64,000 nucleotides of DNA, taken from a virus. A model generated the notes under the pieces. The model was not told where the DNA came from. It made no database searches and saw nothing but the letters and a program-made list of their open reading frames with translations. A program made the position numbers and the translations under genes. The stretch covers positions 1 to 64,000 of the IMG/VR virus record IMGVR_UViG_3300008113_000033. One strand, given 5' to 3'. Positions 8,495 through 17,760 of this stretch are shown here, piece after piece (position 1 is the first letter of the stretch; each line of letters opens with the position of its first letter).

Positions 8495-8543
8495 CATTCA
8501 ATCCGTCCTAAGTATATTTACCCCATACATAACAAACAAACAC

Positions 8544-8807
8544 ATGACTAACTTCGATTTTATTTACACTGAGTGGATGGCTGATTTTAATGCGGTATAC
8601 AAAGGTAGATTAAATGGTATCCTCACTTGCTCACTGGCTACCAAGTACTCAAATTACCTATCTAAATTCTCATCCCATAAACGAGGTGATAATTATACCT
8701 CATTCCGCTCACACCTAATAGAGGTATCATTAGGTAAACGAGCAATGAATGTTGCCTCATTTAACTCAACTATGTTGAGCCTAGCATACGGTAATAAAAT
8801 TAGATAA
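8544..8807 (+). CDS. Hypothetical early protein
   Basis: ORF behind promoter motif at 8504. Confidence 0.7.
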   Translation: MTNFDFIYTEWMADFNAVYKGRLNGILTCSLATKYSNYLSKFSSHKRGDNYTSFRSHLIEVSLGKRAMNVASFNSTMLSLAYGNKIR

Positions 8808-8832
8808 TCACACTCAACCTAAATCAACCCAC

Positions 8833-8985
8833 ATGACCAAATTAAAAACAACCAAACATAGATCATACCGTGCGATCCAATTCAGCTCAATACACCGCAT
8901 CGCCAAATACCAAATAGAGTCACACGTACACGCCTACCATATGGATGAGGCTGGTAATGTAACGTATTACACAAAAATTCGATAA
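8833..8985 (+). CDS. Small hypothetical protein (50 aa, not in ORF track)
   Basis: MTKLKTTKHRSYRAIQF...YYTKIR* with an A/C-rich leader. Confidence 0.5.
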   Translation: MTKLKTTKHRSYRAIQFSSIHRIAKYQIESHVHAYHMDEAGNVTYYTKIR

Positions 8986-9010
8986 TTCATCCAATTATAT
9001 ATTCCCTTCC

Positions 9011-9230
9011 GCACGGAGCCGCATGTCGCAAAAAGACGTGCGGCTTCCCGTGTATCACAAAAAAATCGCGCTTATTAAAAAAATCTCAAAAGAGACGGTC
9101 GATAGCGGGTCGACCGCGACTCGTGCGCGGGTTGCTCCCACGCTGGCCGCGGTCCCCGTATGGCGCGGGTAGGACCGCGTCTTAACCATACACACTCTCA
9201 ACACGTATACAACTTTACACCCCGCGCCTC
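9011..9230. other. GC-rich multi-hairpin non-coding island
   Basis: Stems at 9011-9053, 9096-9116, 9125-9143 and 9148-9179 in an otherwise AT-rich genome. Confidence 0.6.
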
Positions 9231-9433
9231 GTATATACAAATATAACCAATAAGTCAAATAACGTTTCAACATTATAAACGTAATAAGGAAATCCTAAAT
9301 TCCAAAATAACCCTTTTGCATTAAAAACCCAAAATCCGAAATTTTAACCTCTATAAAATTTTTTGTAAGCCCAATTGTATATACGAAATGTCCTTACCAT
9401 ATTCCCCAGTTATAAAAAATAAATAAACATAAA

Positions 9434-9904
9434 ATGGAAAATTTAACAGGTAAGGACACATCCGAATTTTACGAAATGAATTATGAACAAATACGAGATG
9501 ACGTAAAGTCTGCTCGAGCGTATGATTTTGTTGAAACAGGAAAAAACGCATGGAATGTGCGTTATTTTAGAAAAAAATATGGTACTAGAAAATCATCTTT
9601 TTCTACGGGTCATATCTATGTTTTACAAAATACATCAGTACCCGGTATCTTTAAAATCGGATTTACTGAGCGTTCGGTTGCCGAACGTTTAAATGAAATC
9701 AATAAATCCACCGGTGTTATTACTCCTTGGCAAATAAGAGATTTTTGGTTTACCCAGGAACCATATTTAGCGGAACAAGAAATTCACAGACGTTTAAAAG
9801 ATTTTAGAGTGGAAAATAATCGCGAAGGTTTTGCGATTTCTTTTGATGTTGCGCGTAACGTGATTTTTGAAGTTTTAGGCATACCTAACGAGGATCTCAC
9901 GTAA
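9434..9904 (+). CDS. T5orf172/MUG113-type GIY-YIG superfamily protein
   Basis: GHIYVLQN..PGIFKIGFTERSVAERLNEIN..TGV..AEQEIHRRL..NREGF. Confidence 0.85.
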   Translation: MENLTGKDTSEFYEMNYEQIRDDVKSARAYDFVETGKNAWNVRYFRKKYGTRKSSFSTGHIYVLQNTSVPGIFKIGFTERSVAERLNEINKSTGVITPWQIRDFWFTQEPYLAEQEIHRRLKDFRVENNREGFAISFDVARNVIFEVLGIPNEDLT

Positions 9905-9947
9905 ATTATCAATTTATATATTTATTGTAAACAAATAAAATTTTAAT

Positions 9948-10232
9948 ATGGCAACATATCTATTTAAAGATGCTAATAAAGCAGCTTTTGTAAACGGTGT
10001 AAATACATTATTTAAAGATAATGGTTTGGACCGTGAAATTTCTTCAACTGATTTATTAGATGCAATGCCTGGAAAGGTAAATTTTACATTTTTTATTACT
10101 GATGACCCACAAGAGGACGATATTTTAAAAAATGCTGAGAAAATAAAATATTTTTCATTTCCATTTAGAGCAATTGATTTGCAAGAAATGATTAAGGAAT
10201 CCAAAAAGTTTGCAAAAAAATCCAAGAAATAA
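9948..10232 (+). CDS. Hypothetical protein (late-promoter type)
   Basis: ORF behind ATATTTAT motif. Confidence 0.75.
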   Translation: MATYLFKDANKAAFVNGVNTLFKDNGLDREISSTDLLDAMPGKVNFTFFITDDPQEDDILKNAEKIKYFSFPFRAIDLQEMIKESKKFAKKSKK

Positions 10233-10370
10233 TTTGGAGTTGAGAATTTCCCACGTATATTTAAATGTTGGGATGGTTTGAAACCCAAACGATTGGAAAA
10301 TAAGCGCGAAATGTGTAAACGTTTGCAAACATCACACCAAACGCGTATATACGTATAAATGTATTAAATT

Positions 10371-10562
10371 ATGAGATATAAGGATCAAGTCTTAAATAAA
10401 ATAAATCAATTAGAAAATCTAAACCGTACGTTGGATTTTCAACTTTCACGAGGTGAAGGTTTTAATGAATTGATGCAAACATTAAGTGATATGAAAGAAA
10501 AAATTGAGGATTTACGCTCAACTGTTTCTTTAGAACACGACGAGTTTTCCACGTACATTTAA
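10371..10562 (+). CDS. Small coiled-coil hypothetical protein
   Basis: Heptad pattern. Confidence 0.7.
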   Translation: MRYKDQVLNKINQLENLNRTLDFQLSRGEGFNELMQTLSDMKEKIEDLRSTVSLEHDEFSTYI

Positions 10563-10577
10563 AATAAAAAATAGGTT

Positions 10578-11339
10578 ATGTTAAATGAAGAGCAATTGCT
10601 AGAAAACTGGCAACAATTTTTAGGTTATATTGAACAATATGTTACTGGTGATCGCCAAAAACGGTTAATTGATTTTTATAATAAGTATGAAGAGCGCTTT
10701 ATATTATTACCTGCATCACATAAACCGCAATACCACAATTGTTTCCCTGGAGGATATGTTGAGCATGTTAACCGCGTGGTATCAGCTAGTTTGGATATAG
10801 ATTCAATTTGGAGGAAATTTGATGTTAAACCTACATATACTACTGAAGAGGTAGTATTTTCTGCTTTAAATCATGATTTGGGTAAATTCGGTACATTAGA
10901 ACATGAAGCTGTTTTACCTAATCCGTCTGAATGGCATGTTAAGAATAGAGGTGAAATTTATACTTTTAACACTCAAATGGATTATATGACCGTTCCAGAT
11001 CGTGGTTTATGGTTATTATCTCAAATTGGGGTTGAAGTTTCTAAAAATGAATGGTTAGCTATTAAATTACATGATGGTTTATATGATGACGCAAATAAAC
11101 CTTATTTAATGTCATGGTCTCCAGAAACTAAATTACGTACATCATTACCGTTTATTATTCATCAGGCTGATTTGTTGGCTGCTCGTATTGAATTCGAACG
11201 CGAATGGTTAGATAAATTAAATGGAACTCCGGTTGAACAACCAAAACAAACGGTTTCTCAACCAAATAAAAAACCAGTTCAAATAACAGTTCCAGAAAAT
11301 TCAAATTTAAAAGATATTATGAATACATTTTTTGATTAA
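10578..11339 (+). CDS. HD-domain metal-dependent phosphohydrolase (YhaM-like)
   Basis: PAS...YHNCFPGGYVEHV, ALNHDLGK, AIKLHDG, IIHQAD. Confidence 0.85.
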   Translation: MLNEEQLLENWQQFLGYIEQYVTGDRQKRLIDFYNKYEERFILLPASHKPQYHNCFPGGYVEHVNRVVSASLDIDSIWRKFDVKPTYTTEEVVFSALNHDLGKFGTLEHEAVLPNPSEWHVKNRGEIYTFNTQMDYMTVPDRGLWLLSQIGVEVSKNEWLAIKLHDGLYDDANKPYLMSWSPETKLRTSLPFIIHQADLLAARIEFEREWLDKLNGTPVEQPKQTVSQPNKKPVQITVPENSNLKDIMNTFFD

Positions 11340-11340
11340 T

Positions 11341-11616
11341 ATGGAAATTATATTATATACTTTAATTACATTGGTTATAGCAGTATCATATGCGTGTTAT
11401 AATCTATTCTCAAAAACAGAACAGTTAGAAAAAATTGTTGATCAACAAAATCAATATATTACTAATATTTCTGAACTTATAGAATTATCAAATAAAAAAA
11501 TAGGGGAGTCTGAAGTCGCGCAAGCATTTAAAGCAGATGATGATATTGGTTTTTTCTTTGAGACATTACAAGAAATTCAAACTCAATTGAATTCTTTTAA
11601 AACTCGAAATAATTAA
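11341..11616 (+). CDS. Membrane-anchored coiled-coil hypothetical protein
   Basis: N-terminal TM helix; ATG at 11341 preferred over upstream TTG. Confidence 0.7.
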   Translation: MEIILYTLITLVIAVSYACYNLFSKTEQLEKIVDQQNQYITNISELIELSNKKIGESEVAQAFKADDDIGFFFETLQEIQTQLNSFKTRNN

Positions 11617-11617
11617 T

Positions 11618-12373
11618 ATGGATTTAATATCCCCTCCAGAAGAAGAGGTACTTTTAACTAAAAAAGGAACAATACGTAAACGTAAACCTAAAAAATCAAT
11701 TTTATATTTCACTTCAGATACTGAAGAAGCAATTATAGAATATTTAGCCTCTAAAGATCAAGATAATCGTAATCATATATTCGATCAACGAATAGATTAT
11801 GCATTTCATAAATTAGCAGAAAATATCATCCATACATTTAAGTTTTATTATACTGATGTTGATACTATTAATGAGTTAAAACATGAGGTAGTAGCTTTTC
11901 TTTTAGAGAAACTTCATTTATATGATCAATCTAAAGGTAAAGCATATTCTTATTTTGGTACTATTGCTAAACGTTATTTAATTATTTATAATGAAAAAAA
12001 TTATAAAAAAATTAAAGGTAAAGGTACTTTAGAAGAAGTAGATGAGGATAAAATAATAGTTGAAGATTTAGTTCGTGAATCAAATAATGATGCCGATTTA
12101 AATGATTTTATTTCATATTTTGTTCGTTATATGGATACATATCTTGAAAAATATTTTCCAAGAACCCAAGATCAAAAAACAGCAGATGTGATTTTAGAAT
12201 TATTTCGTAAACGTGAAAATTTAGAAATATTCAATAAAAAAGCCATCTACATTTACATTCGTGAAATGATAGATGTTGATACTTTTCAAATAACTAAAGT
12301 AATAAAAGTACTAAAAAAGGTATATTATAATTTATATAATGAATATTACGAAACAGGATTTGTAAAAATCTAA
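11618..12373 (+). CDS. gp55: Phage sigma factor for late transcription (T4 gp55-like)
   Basis: Sigma region-2-like KLAENII..FYY...ELKHEVVAFLLEKLHLYDQSKGKAYSYFGTIAKRYLI. Confidence 0.7.
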   Translation: MDLISPPEEEVLLTKKGTIRKRKPKKSILYFTSDTEEAIIEYLASKDQDNRNHIFDQRIDYAFHKLAENIIHTFKFYYTDVDTINELKHEVVAFLLEKLHLYDQSKGKAYSYFGTIAKRYLIIYNEKNYKKIKGKGTLEEVDEDKIIVEDLVRESNNDADLNDFISYFVRYMDTYLEKYFPRTQDQKTADVILELFRKRENLEIFNKKAIYIYIREMIDVDTFQITKVIKVLKKVYYNLYNEYYETGFVKI

Positions 12374-12402
12374 AAAAATATATTTATAATAAAATAAATA
12401 TT

Positions 12403-12765
12403 ATGGATTTTGAACAAAAAATATTTGGAAATAAATCGTTTTCCGATCTTTTAAAAAATATATACGATAATTCTCGAGAAAAGGAAAAACAAATAAAAGA
12501 TTTAATTACAAGTCTTAAACCTTTAGTAGCCGATACTCAATCGGCTTTAATGGTTGTTCCATTAATTAAAGAATATCTTGATGTATCTGTTAAAAATGAT
12601 GATTCATTAATTAAAATGGCGGGAATTGTCCAACGTGCTATGAATAATAGTGGGGGTAATGGAGATGGGGATTTTTTAAGTGAATCTGAATTAGAACAAT
12701 TAAGAGGTGAAGTACAAAAAATTAGTGAAGAAGTAGTTAAACCCATAGAAAATAATGTCGACTAG
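12403..12765 (+). CDS. Conserved hypothetical late protein
   Basis: Helical ORF behind late motif at 12380. Confidence 0.75.
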   Translation: MDFEQKIFGNKSFSDLLKNIYDNSREKEKQIKDLITSLKPLVADTQSALMVVPLIKEYLDVSVKNDDSLIKMAGIVQRAMNNSGGNGDGDFLSESELEQLRGEVQKISEEVVKPIENNVD

Positions 12766-13936
12766 AACTACTAGATATAGTATTGGAGGTTCTTTAACTT
12801 CACAATTATCCAATAATAAAATATCTCCTAATTCCCCATTTAAGATAGGAAAAGTGATGGGTATTATTATGGATGAAAATACTCCTAGTAATGAATTATT
12901 TTATCGTGATGGAGGATGGGGAGGAATAGGTACTATATATTATATTAATTACCCAACTAATAAAAATACATCTAATACTAATTTAGCAAAATTAAATACT
13001 GCTATTCCTTTTTTACCTAACCAAAAATATCTTCCATTAAAAGGAGAGTTAGTTTTATTATTTGATCTTCCTTCTCCTGAAACTCAAGATAATTCTAGAA
13101 AAACTCAAAAATATTATCTAAGTGTTTTAAATTTATGGAATAATAACCAACATAATGCTCAACTTATTAATGATGAAACTTTAGGTAAAACGTTTACTGA
13201 GAATTCAAATATAAAATCATTGTTACCTTTTGAAGGAGATAGTATATTTGAAGGAAGAGTAGGTAATTCTTTAAGATTTACAAGTACAACAAAATTTAAT
13301 AATAAAGAAAATTTTTGGAGTTTAACAGGAACTAATGGAGATCCTATTACTTTATTAACTAATGGACATAATTTTAATTCGGGTTCATTAAAACCATATG
13401 TTGAAGATGTAAATAATGATAATTCATCATTATATCTTACTTCAACACAAAAAGTCCCAATTGAAACTAGAATTTTTTCTTATAATCTTTTATTTAATCC
13501 TATTAAACCTGATTCTTATTTTAATTCTTCTCAAGCTATATTATCTGGTGATAGAATTGTATTAAATGCTAAAAAGGATGAAGTATTAATTTATGGAAAA
13601 GGAGTAGGTTTATCTTCAACTAATACTATTTATTTAAATTCTGATGTTGATATTATCTTAGACGCACCTAAAATTAATTTAGGATTAACCCCTGAAGGAG
13701 CAGCTGCTATCGAACCTATATTATTAGGTACTCAAACAATTAGTATGTTATCATCTTTAATAAAAGAATTAAAATCCTTTTGTACTTCTTTAAAAACAGT
13801 AGAAACGACTCCTGTTGGTACCCCATTAACAGATATTACATTAGCTGCTAAATCATTATATACAGGTTTAGAAGATATAACTACAATTACTGATAATTTA
13901 AATAAATTAAAATCTACTAAATCTTATACAGCATAA
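12755..13936 (+). CDS. Baseplate hub/central spike protein (gp5/VgrG-like, no lysozyme domain)
   Basis: OB-fold-like N-terminus (PLKGELVLL), EGRVGNSLRF, beta-strand repeats (SGDRIVLNAK..IYLNS..IILDAPKINLG); upstream of gp25/gp6. Confidence 0.6.
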   Translation: MSTRTTRYSIGGSLTSQLSNNKISPNSPFKIGKVMGIIMDENTPSNELFYRDGGWGGIGTIYYINYPTNKNTSNTNLAKLNTAIPFLPNQKYLPLKGELVLLFDLPSPETQDNSRKTQKYYLSVLNLWNNNQHNAQLINDETLGKTFTENSNIKSLLPFEGDSIFEGRVGNSLRFTSTTKFNNKENFWSLTGTNGDPITLLTNGHNFNSGSLKPYVEDVNNDNSSLYLTSTQKVPIETRIFSYNLLFNPIKPDSYFNSSQAILSGDRIVLNAKKDEVLIYGKGVGLSSTNTIYLNSDVDIILDAPKINLGLTPEGAAAIEPILLGTQTISMLSSLIKELKSFCTSLKTVETTPVGTPLTDITLAAKSLYTGLEDITTITDNLNKLKSTKSYTA

Positions 13937-15207
13937 TGATCACTACAGAAGATATATCTAGCGTAGCAGAATTAGGAAAAGGTAATATAGCTAAAAATGC
14001 TAAAAATTTCTTAAAGGGTAAAGCTGAAGCTTTTATTGAAGCTAAAAAACAATCTTTTGAAAAATTAAAAACTGAAATTGAAGATTTAGGTAAACAATTA
14101 GAACAATCTGCTAAAGATTATGAAGAAAAAATAAAATCATTTGGTAATGTATCAACTGGAGCTGTGATTGCTGCTGGAGTTACTACTGCTACTGTTGCTG
14201 CTACTACTATTAGAAATAATAATACCGATGATGTTAATCAACAAGAAGAGAACCAAATTAAAAAATCATTTGAGGCTGAACAAAAAGCTATTCAAGATAA
14301 TATTACATCAAAAAAAACAGAATTAGAAAATAAATTAAAAGGTTATTTACCTCAAGAATTACAGGAAGTTGAAGCGGTTCTTAAATCATCACAAGATACT
14401 ATAGAAGCAAAACGAAATGATATTAGAAATGGAAATAAAATTAAAATTTCTTCATCTAGTGTTATTACTGTTGTTGGTGTTTTAGCTGACTATTTATTAG
14501 GTACTGTATCTATAGGTAATAAAAAAATAGAAAATTTAGTAGATAAAGTAAATTTATTTATAAAAAATATAAAAACAGAAAAAGATATTCAAAAAGCTAA
14601 ATTATATGTTAATAGAGCTAAACTAATAATAAATACAAATAGACAAAGATTAGAAACAATTCAAACTATATTATCAATACTTGAAATATTAGTTCCATTA
14701 TTAGATGTTATATTAGGCTTATTTAAATCTAATCCTATCCCTTCAGCTGTTCCCCCAGGAGTTGGTGTTCCTTTAGGTACTATTAATACTATAGATTCAA
14801 AGACTAAAACATTAGATGATATAAAACTTGCTGCTTCAATATTATTACGTATATCCAATAAAATAGTTTCTAAATTATTAGATGATTTAAATTATCAAGA
14901 AAGTAGATTATTACCTATAGAAGGATTATTAGATTCAGGTTTAAATAATTTAACCGCTAATCAAATCCAAAATTTAGGACCTCAATTAGGATATCTACAA
15001 GGATATGATTATAAAGGATTTAAATTTTTTATTAAAGAAGAAAGTGATCTTAAATTTGTTGTTAAAGGAAATAAACGTAAATATGCAACAGCCGTTAATA
15101 GAGATGGAAATGATATTTTAAAAAGTACATCTTCATTTACTTTATCTCCTGATGTATTAATTGAAGAATTAAAATTACAAATAGACCGAAAGGGTCTCGT
15201 AGCTTAA
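13936..15207 (+). CDS. Hypothetical virion-associated coiled-coil protein with hydrophobic hairpin
   Basis: Coiled coils, then ILSILEILVPLLDVILGL-PSAVPPGVGVPLG. Confidence 0.7.
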   Translation: MITTEDISSVAELGKGNIAKNAKNFLKGKAEAFIEAKKQSFEKLKTEIEDLGKQLEQSAKDYEEKIKSFGNVSTGAVIAAGVTTATVAATTIRNNNTDDVNQQEENQIKKSFEAEQKAIQDNITSKKTELENKLKGYLPQELQEVEAVLKSSQDTIEAKRNDIRNGNKIKISSSSVITVVGVLADYLLGTVSIGNKKIENLVDKVNLFIKNIKTEKDIQKAKLYVNRAKLIINTNRQRLETIQTILSILEILVPLLDVILGLFKSNPIPSAVPPGVGVPLGTINTIDSKTKTLDDIKLAASILLRISNKIVSKLLDDLNYQESRLLPIEGLLDSGLNNLTANQIQNLGPQLGYLQGYDYKGFKFFIKEESDLKFVVKGNKRKYATAVNRDGNDILKSTSSFTLSPDVLIEELKLQIDRKGLVA

Positions 15208-15218
15208 TATTTATAATC

Positions 15219-15527
15219 ATGAAAGTAGACGTATTTAAAAAACTTATTAAAGAAGCTGTGCGTGAAGTTCTAAGAGAAGAATTATCACAGGTTAAACCTC
15301 CTCCAGTACAAGAAAATAAAACAATGAGTTTTACAACTCAAGATATTGACATGGTAGCATATAGACAAAATCTAGCATCTTCTATGGGATTATCAACACC
15401 ACCCCAACCATCTTATTCAAAACCCCAAATTCAATCTACAGGAAACCCATATTTAGATATTATATCTGAAACTGCAGCTAGTATGACTCCTCAAGATATA
15501 GCAGCAATGAGACAATATAACGAATAA
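15219..15527 (+). CDS. Hypothetical late protein with head-cargo-like leader
   Basis: MKVDVFKKLIKEAVREVLREE. Confidence 0.75.
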   Translation: MKVDVFKKLIKEAVREVLREELSQVKPPPVQENKTMSFTTQDIDMVAYRQNLASSMGLSTPPQPSYSKPQIQSTGNPYLDIISETAASMTPQDIAAMRQYNE

Positions 15528-15529
15528 CT

Positions 15530-15940
15530 ATGCCTATACCTCAAGTAGTAAGAATAGATCCTAGAGATTTAGATAAAAATAGAGCAATAGGGATTAGTAT
15601 TCCTTTTAATGCTGGAGGTGTATTTAATCAAACATATTCAACCAAAGATCAAATAAAATCAAATTTAATTAATCTTTTACTAACTTATAAAGGAGAAAGA
15701 ATTGAAAATCCTGAATTTGGAGCTGATTTATCTCGATTATTATTTGAGCCTTTAACTGAAGATTTATATCCAAGAATACAAAATCAAATAATTTCAAGTG
15801 TAAATATGTATATTCCTGAAATTACACTTTTAGATATTGAAATAACCCCAAATATTGATTATAACATAGTTAGTATTAATGTAAGTTATAGATTAAATAT
15901 TTCAGGACAACAAGATAATATTATAATTGAATTACAATAA
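15530..15940 (+). CDS. gp25: Baseplate wedge subunit, gp25/GPW family
   Basis: QIKSNLINLLLTYKGERIENPEFGADL..LLFEP. Confidence 0.9.
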   Translation: MPIPQVVRIDPRDLDKNRAIGISIPFNAGGVFNQTYSTKDQIKSNLINLLLTYKGERIENPEFGADLSRLLFEPLTEDLYPRIQNQIISSVNMYIPEITLLDIEITPNIDYNIVSINVSYRLNISGQQDNIIIELQ

Positions 15941-17757
15941 TGGCTGAGGATAAACAAATAAAATATATAAATAAAACTTTTAGTGATTTTAAATCATCAC
16001 TTCAAGAATTTGCTAAAACATATTTTTCAGACAATTACAATGATTTTTCAGATGCTTCTCCGGGCAGTATGTTTATTGAAATGGCATCATATGTTGGTGA
16101 TGTTTCGTCATTTTATATTGATTCTCAAATTCAAGAAAATTTTTTAAATTTAGCTAAAGAAAAAGAAAGTTTATATAATTTAGCTTATTCATTTGGTTAT
16201 CGTCCTAAAATATCATATGCTTCTACTACTACTTTAGATGTATATCAATTAATCCCAACAATATTAGATGGAGGAAATGTTAAACCTGATTTTACTTATT
16301 CTCTTTTAATAGCTGAAAATACTATTATAAATAGTAATTTAAATAATCAGAAATTTCTTACTACATCCCCCATAGATTTTTCAGATACCGCATCTGCAAC
16401 TATAAATTACGTTGATGATAATTATTTTTTAGTAAAAAAGCAAGTAGATGTAATCTCAGCAGAAATTAAAACTAGTACTTTTTCATTTACTTCCCCTAAA
16501 AAATTTGATTCTATTACTATTAATGATACTAATATTCTTCAAATTTTAGAAGTTAAAGATAGTGATAATAATTTATGGTATGAAGTTCCATATTTAGCTC
16601 AAGATTTAATTCCTTTATCTACAGTAAACCCTATTTCAGGAAGTGATGGAATTAATTATTTATTAAATTTCCAACGTGTGCCTCGTCGTTTTGTTACACG
16701 AATAAAACCAAATGATACATTAGAGTTACAATTTGGAGCAGGTATATCTACTAATAATACTGATACTACTATATTACCTACCCCAGAAAATATTGATTTA
16801 GGATTAATACCAAGTGTGTCAACTAATATAGACGATTATAATAAAGCATCAATATTTTATACTAAAGCATATGGTTTAGTACCTCAAAATACTACATTAA
16901 CTATAAAATATTTAGTTGGAGGAGGTTTAAATTCAAATACCCCGGCTAATTCATTAACAAGTATTAATAATTCTTCTATATCTTTTAAATACAATGGATT
17001 AATTAATAGTGCTATTACAGGAAGTATTTTAAATAGTGTAGTTTGTAATAATGAATCTGCTTCATCCGGTGGTCGAGGAGCTGATACTATTGAAGAAATT
17101 CGCTTAAATGCATTAAATGCTTATTCTTCTCAAAATAGAACTGTAACTAAAGAAGATTATATTATGCGCGCATTAAGTATGCCTTCTAAATATGGTACTG
17201 TATCAAAAGCATATTTAACCCAAGAAACATATAACTCATTAGGTAACTTATTAGATAAAAATCCATTAAGTTTAGATTTATATGTACTAGGATATAATTC
17301 AGATAAAACATTAACATCAGCTAACCCAACATTAAAATCTAATTTAAAAAAATATCTTAATCAGTATCGTATGATTACTGATGCTATTAATATTAAAAAT
17401 GCATTTTATATTAATTTAGGAGTTAACTTTGAAATTAATTCTGATCCAAGTTATAATAATAATGAATTATTATCTACGTGCATTTCTCAATTAAAAAATT
17501 ATTTTAATATAGACGCATGGCAAATAAATCAACCTATTATTTTGGCCGAAATCAATGCGCTTTTACTCAAGATACCTGGCGTTAGATCAGTAGCTAAAGT
17601 TGAAGTAATAAATAAACAAGGAGGAGGATATTCTCAGTATGGATATGATATCCATGCTGCAACTAGGAATGGTATTTTATATCCATCAATAGATCCTAGC
17701 ATATTTGAAATTCGTTATCCTGATCTTGATATAAATGGTAGAATAATCACATATTAA
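15940..17757 (+). CDS. gp6: Baseplate wedge subunit, gp6-like (baseplate J family)
   Basis: YNDFSDASPGSMFIEMASYVGDV, LQFGAG, SGGRGADTIEEIR...QNRTVTKEDY. Confidence 0.85.
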   Translation: MAEDKQIKYINKTFSDFKSSLQEFAKTYFSDNYNDFSDASPGSMFIEMASYVGDVSSFYIDSQIQENFLNLAKEKESLYNLAYSFGYRPKISYASTTTLDVYQLIPTILDGGNVKPDFTYSLLIAENTIINSNLNNQKFLTTSPIDFSDTASATINYVDDNYFLVKKQVDVISAEIKTSTFSFTSPKKFDSITINDTNILQILEVKDSDNNLWYEVPYLAQDLIPLSTVNPISGSDGINYLLNFQRVPRRFVTRIKPNDTLELQFGAGISTNNTDTTILPTPENIDLGLIPSVSTNIDDYNKASIFYTKAYGLVPQNTTLTIKYLVGGGLNSNTPANSLTSINNSSISFKYNGLINSAITGSILNSVVCNNESASSGGRGADTIEEIRLNALNAYSSQNRTVTKEDYIMRALSMPSKYGTVSKAYLTQETYNSLGNLLDKNPLSLDLYVLGYNSDKTLTSANPTLKSNLKKYLNQYRMITDAINIKNAFYINLGVNFEINSDPSYNNNELLSTCISQLKNYFNIDAWQINQPIILAEINALLLKIPGVRSVAKVEVINKQGGGYSQYGYDIHAATRNGILYPSIDPSIFEIRYPDLDINGRIITY

Positions 17758-17760
17758 AAA

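Larger units (their letters stand above)
29..8520 (+). promoter_or_regulatory. Repeated 17-bp early promoter motif, consensus ~NNTCYWRATTANNTTTA (18 copies in this span)
   Basis: Copies start at 29, 773, 1377, 1814, 2278, 3396, 3745, 4158, 4877, 6023, 6385, 6604, 6805, 7079, 7530, 7749, 8060 and 8504. Each lies at a gene junction and is followed (usually via an A-rich leader) by an ATG. The core TAnnTTTA resembles the Bacteroidota -7 element TAnnTTTG. Confidence 0.8.

Noticed and set aside
9055-9273. 72-aa minus-strand ORF across the GC-rich island
   Set aside because: It has a TTG start, no leader motif and atypical composition; its openness is explained by high GC content
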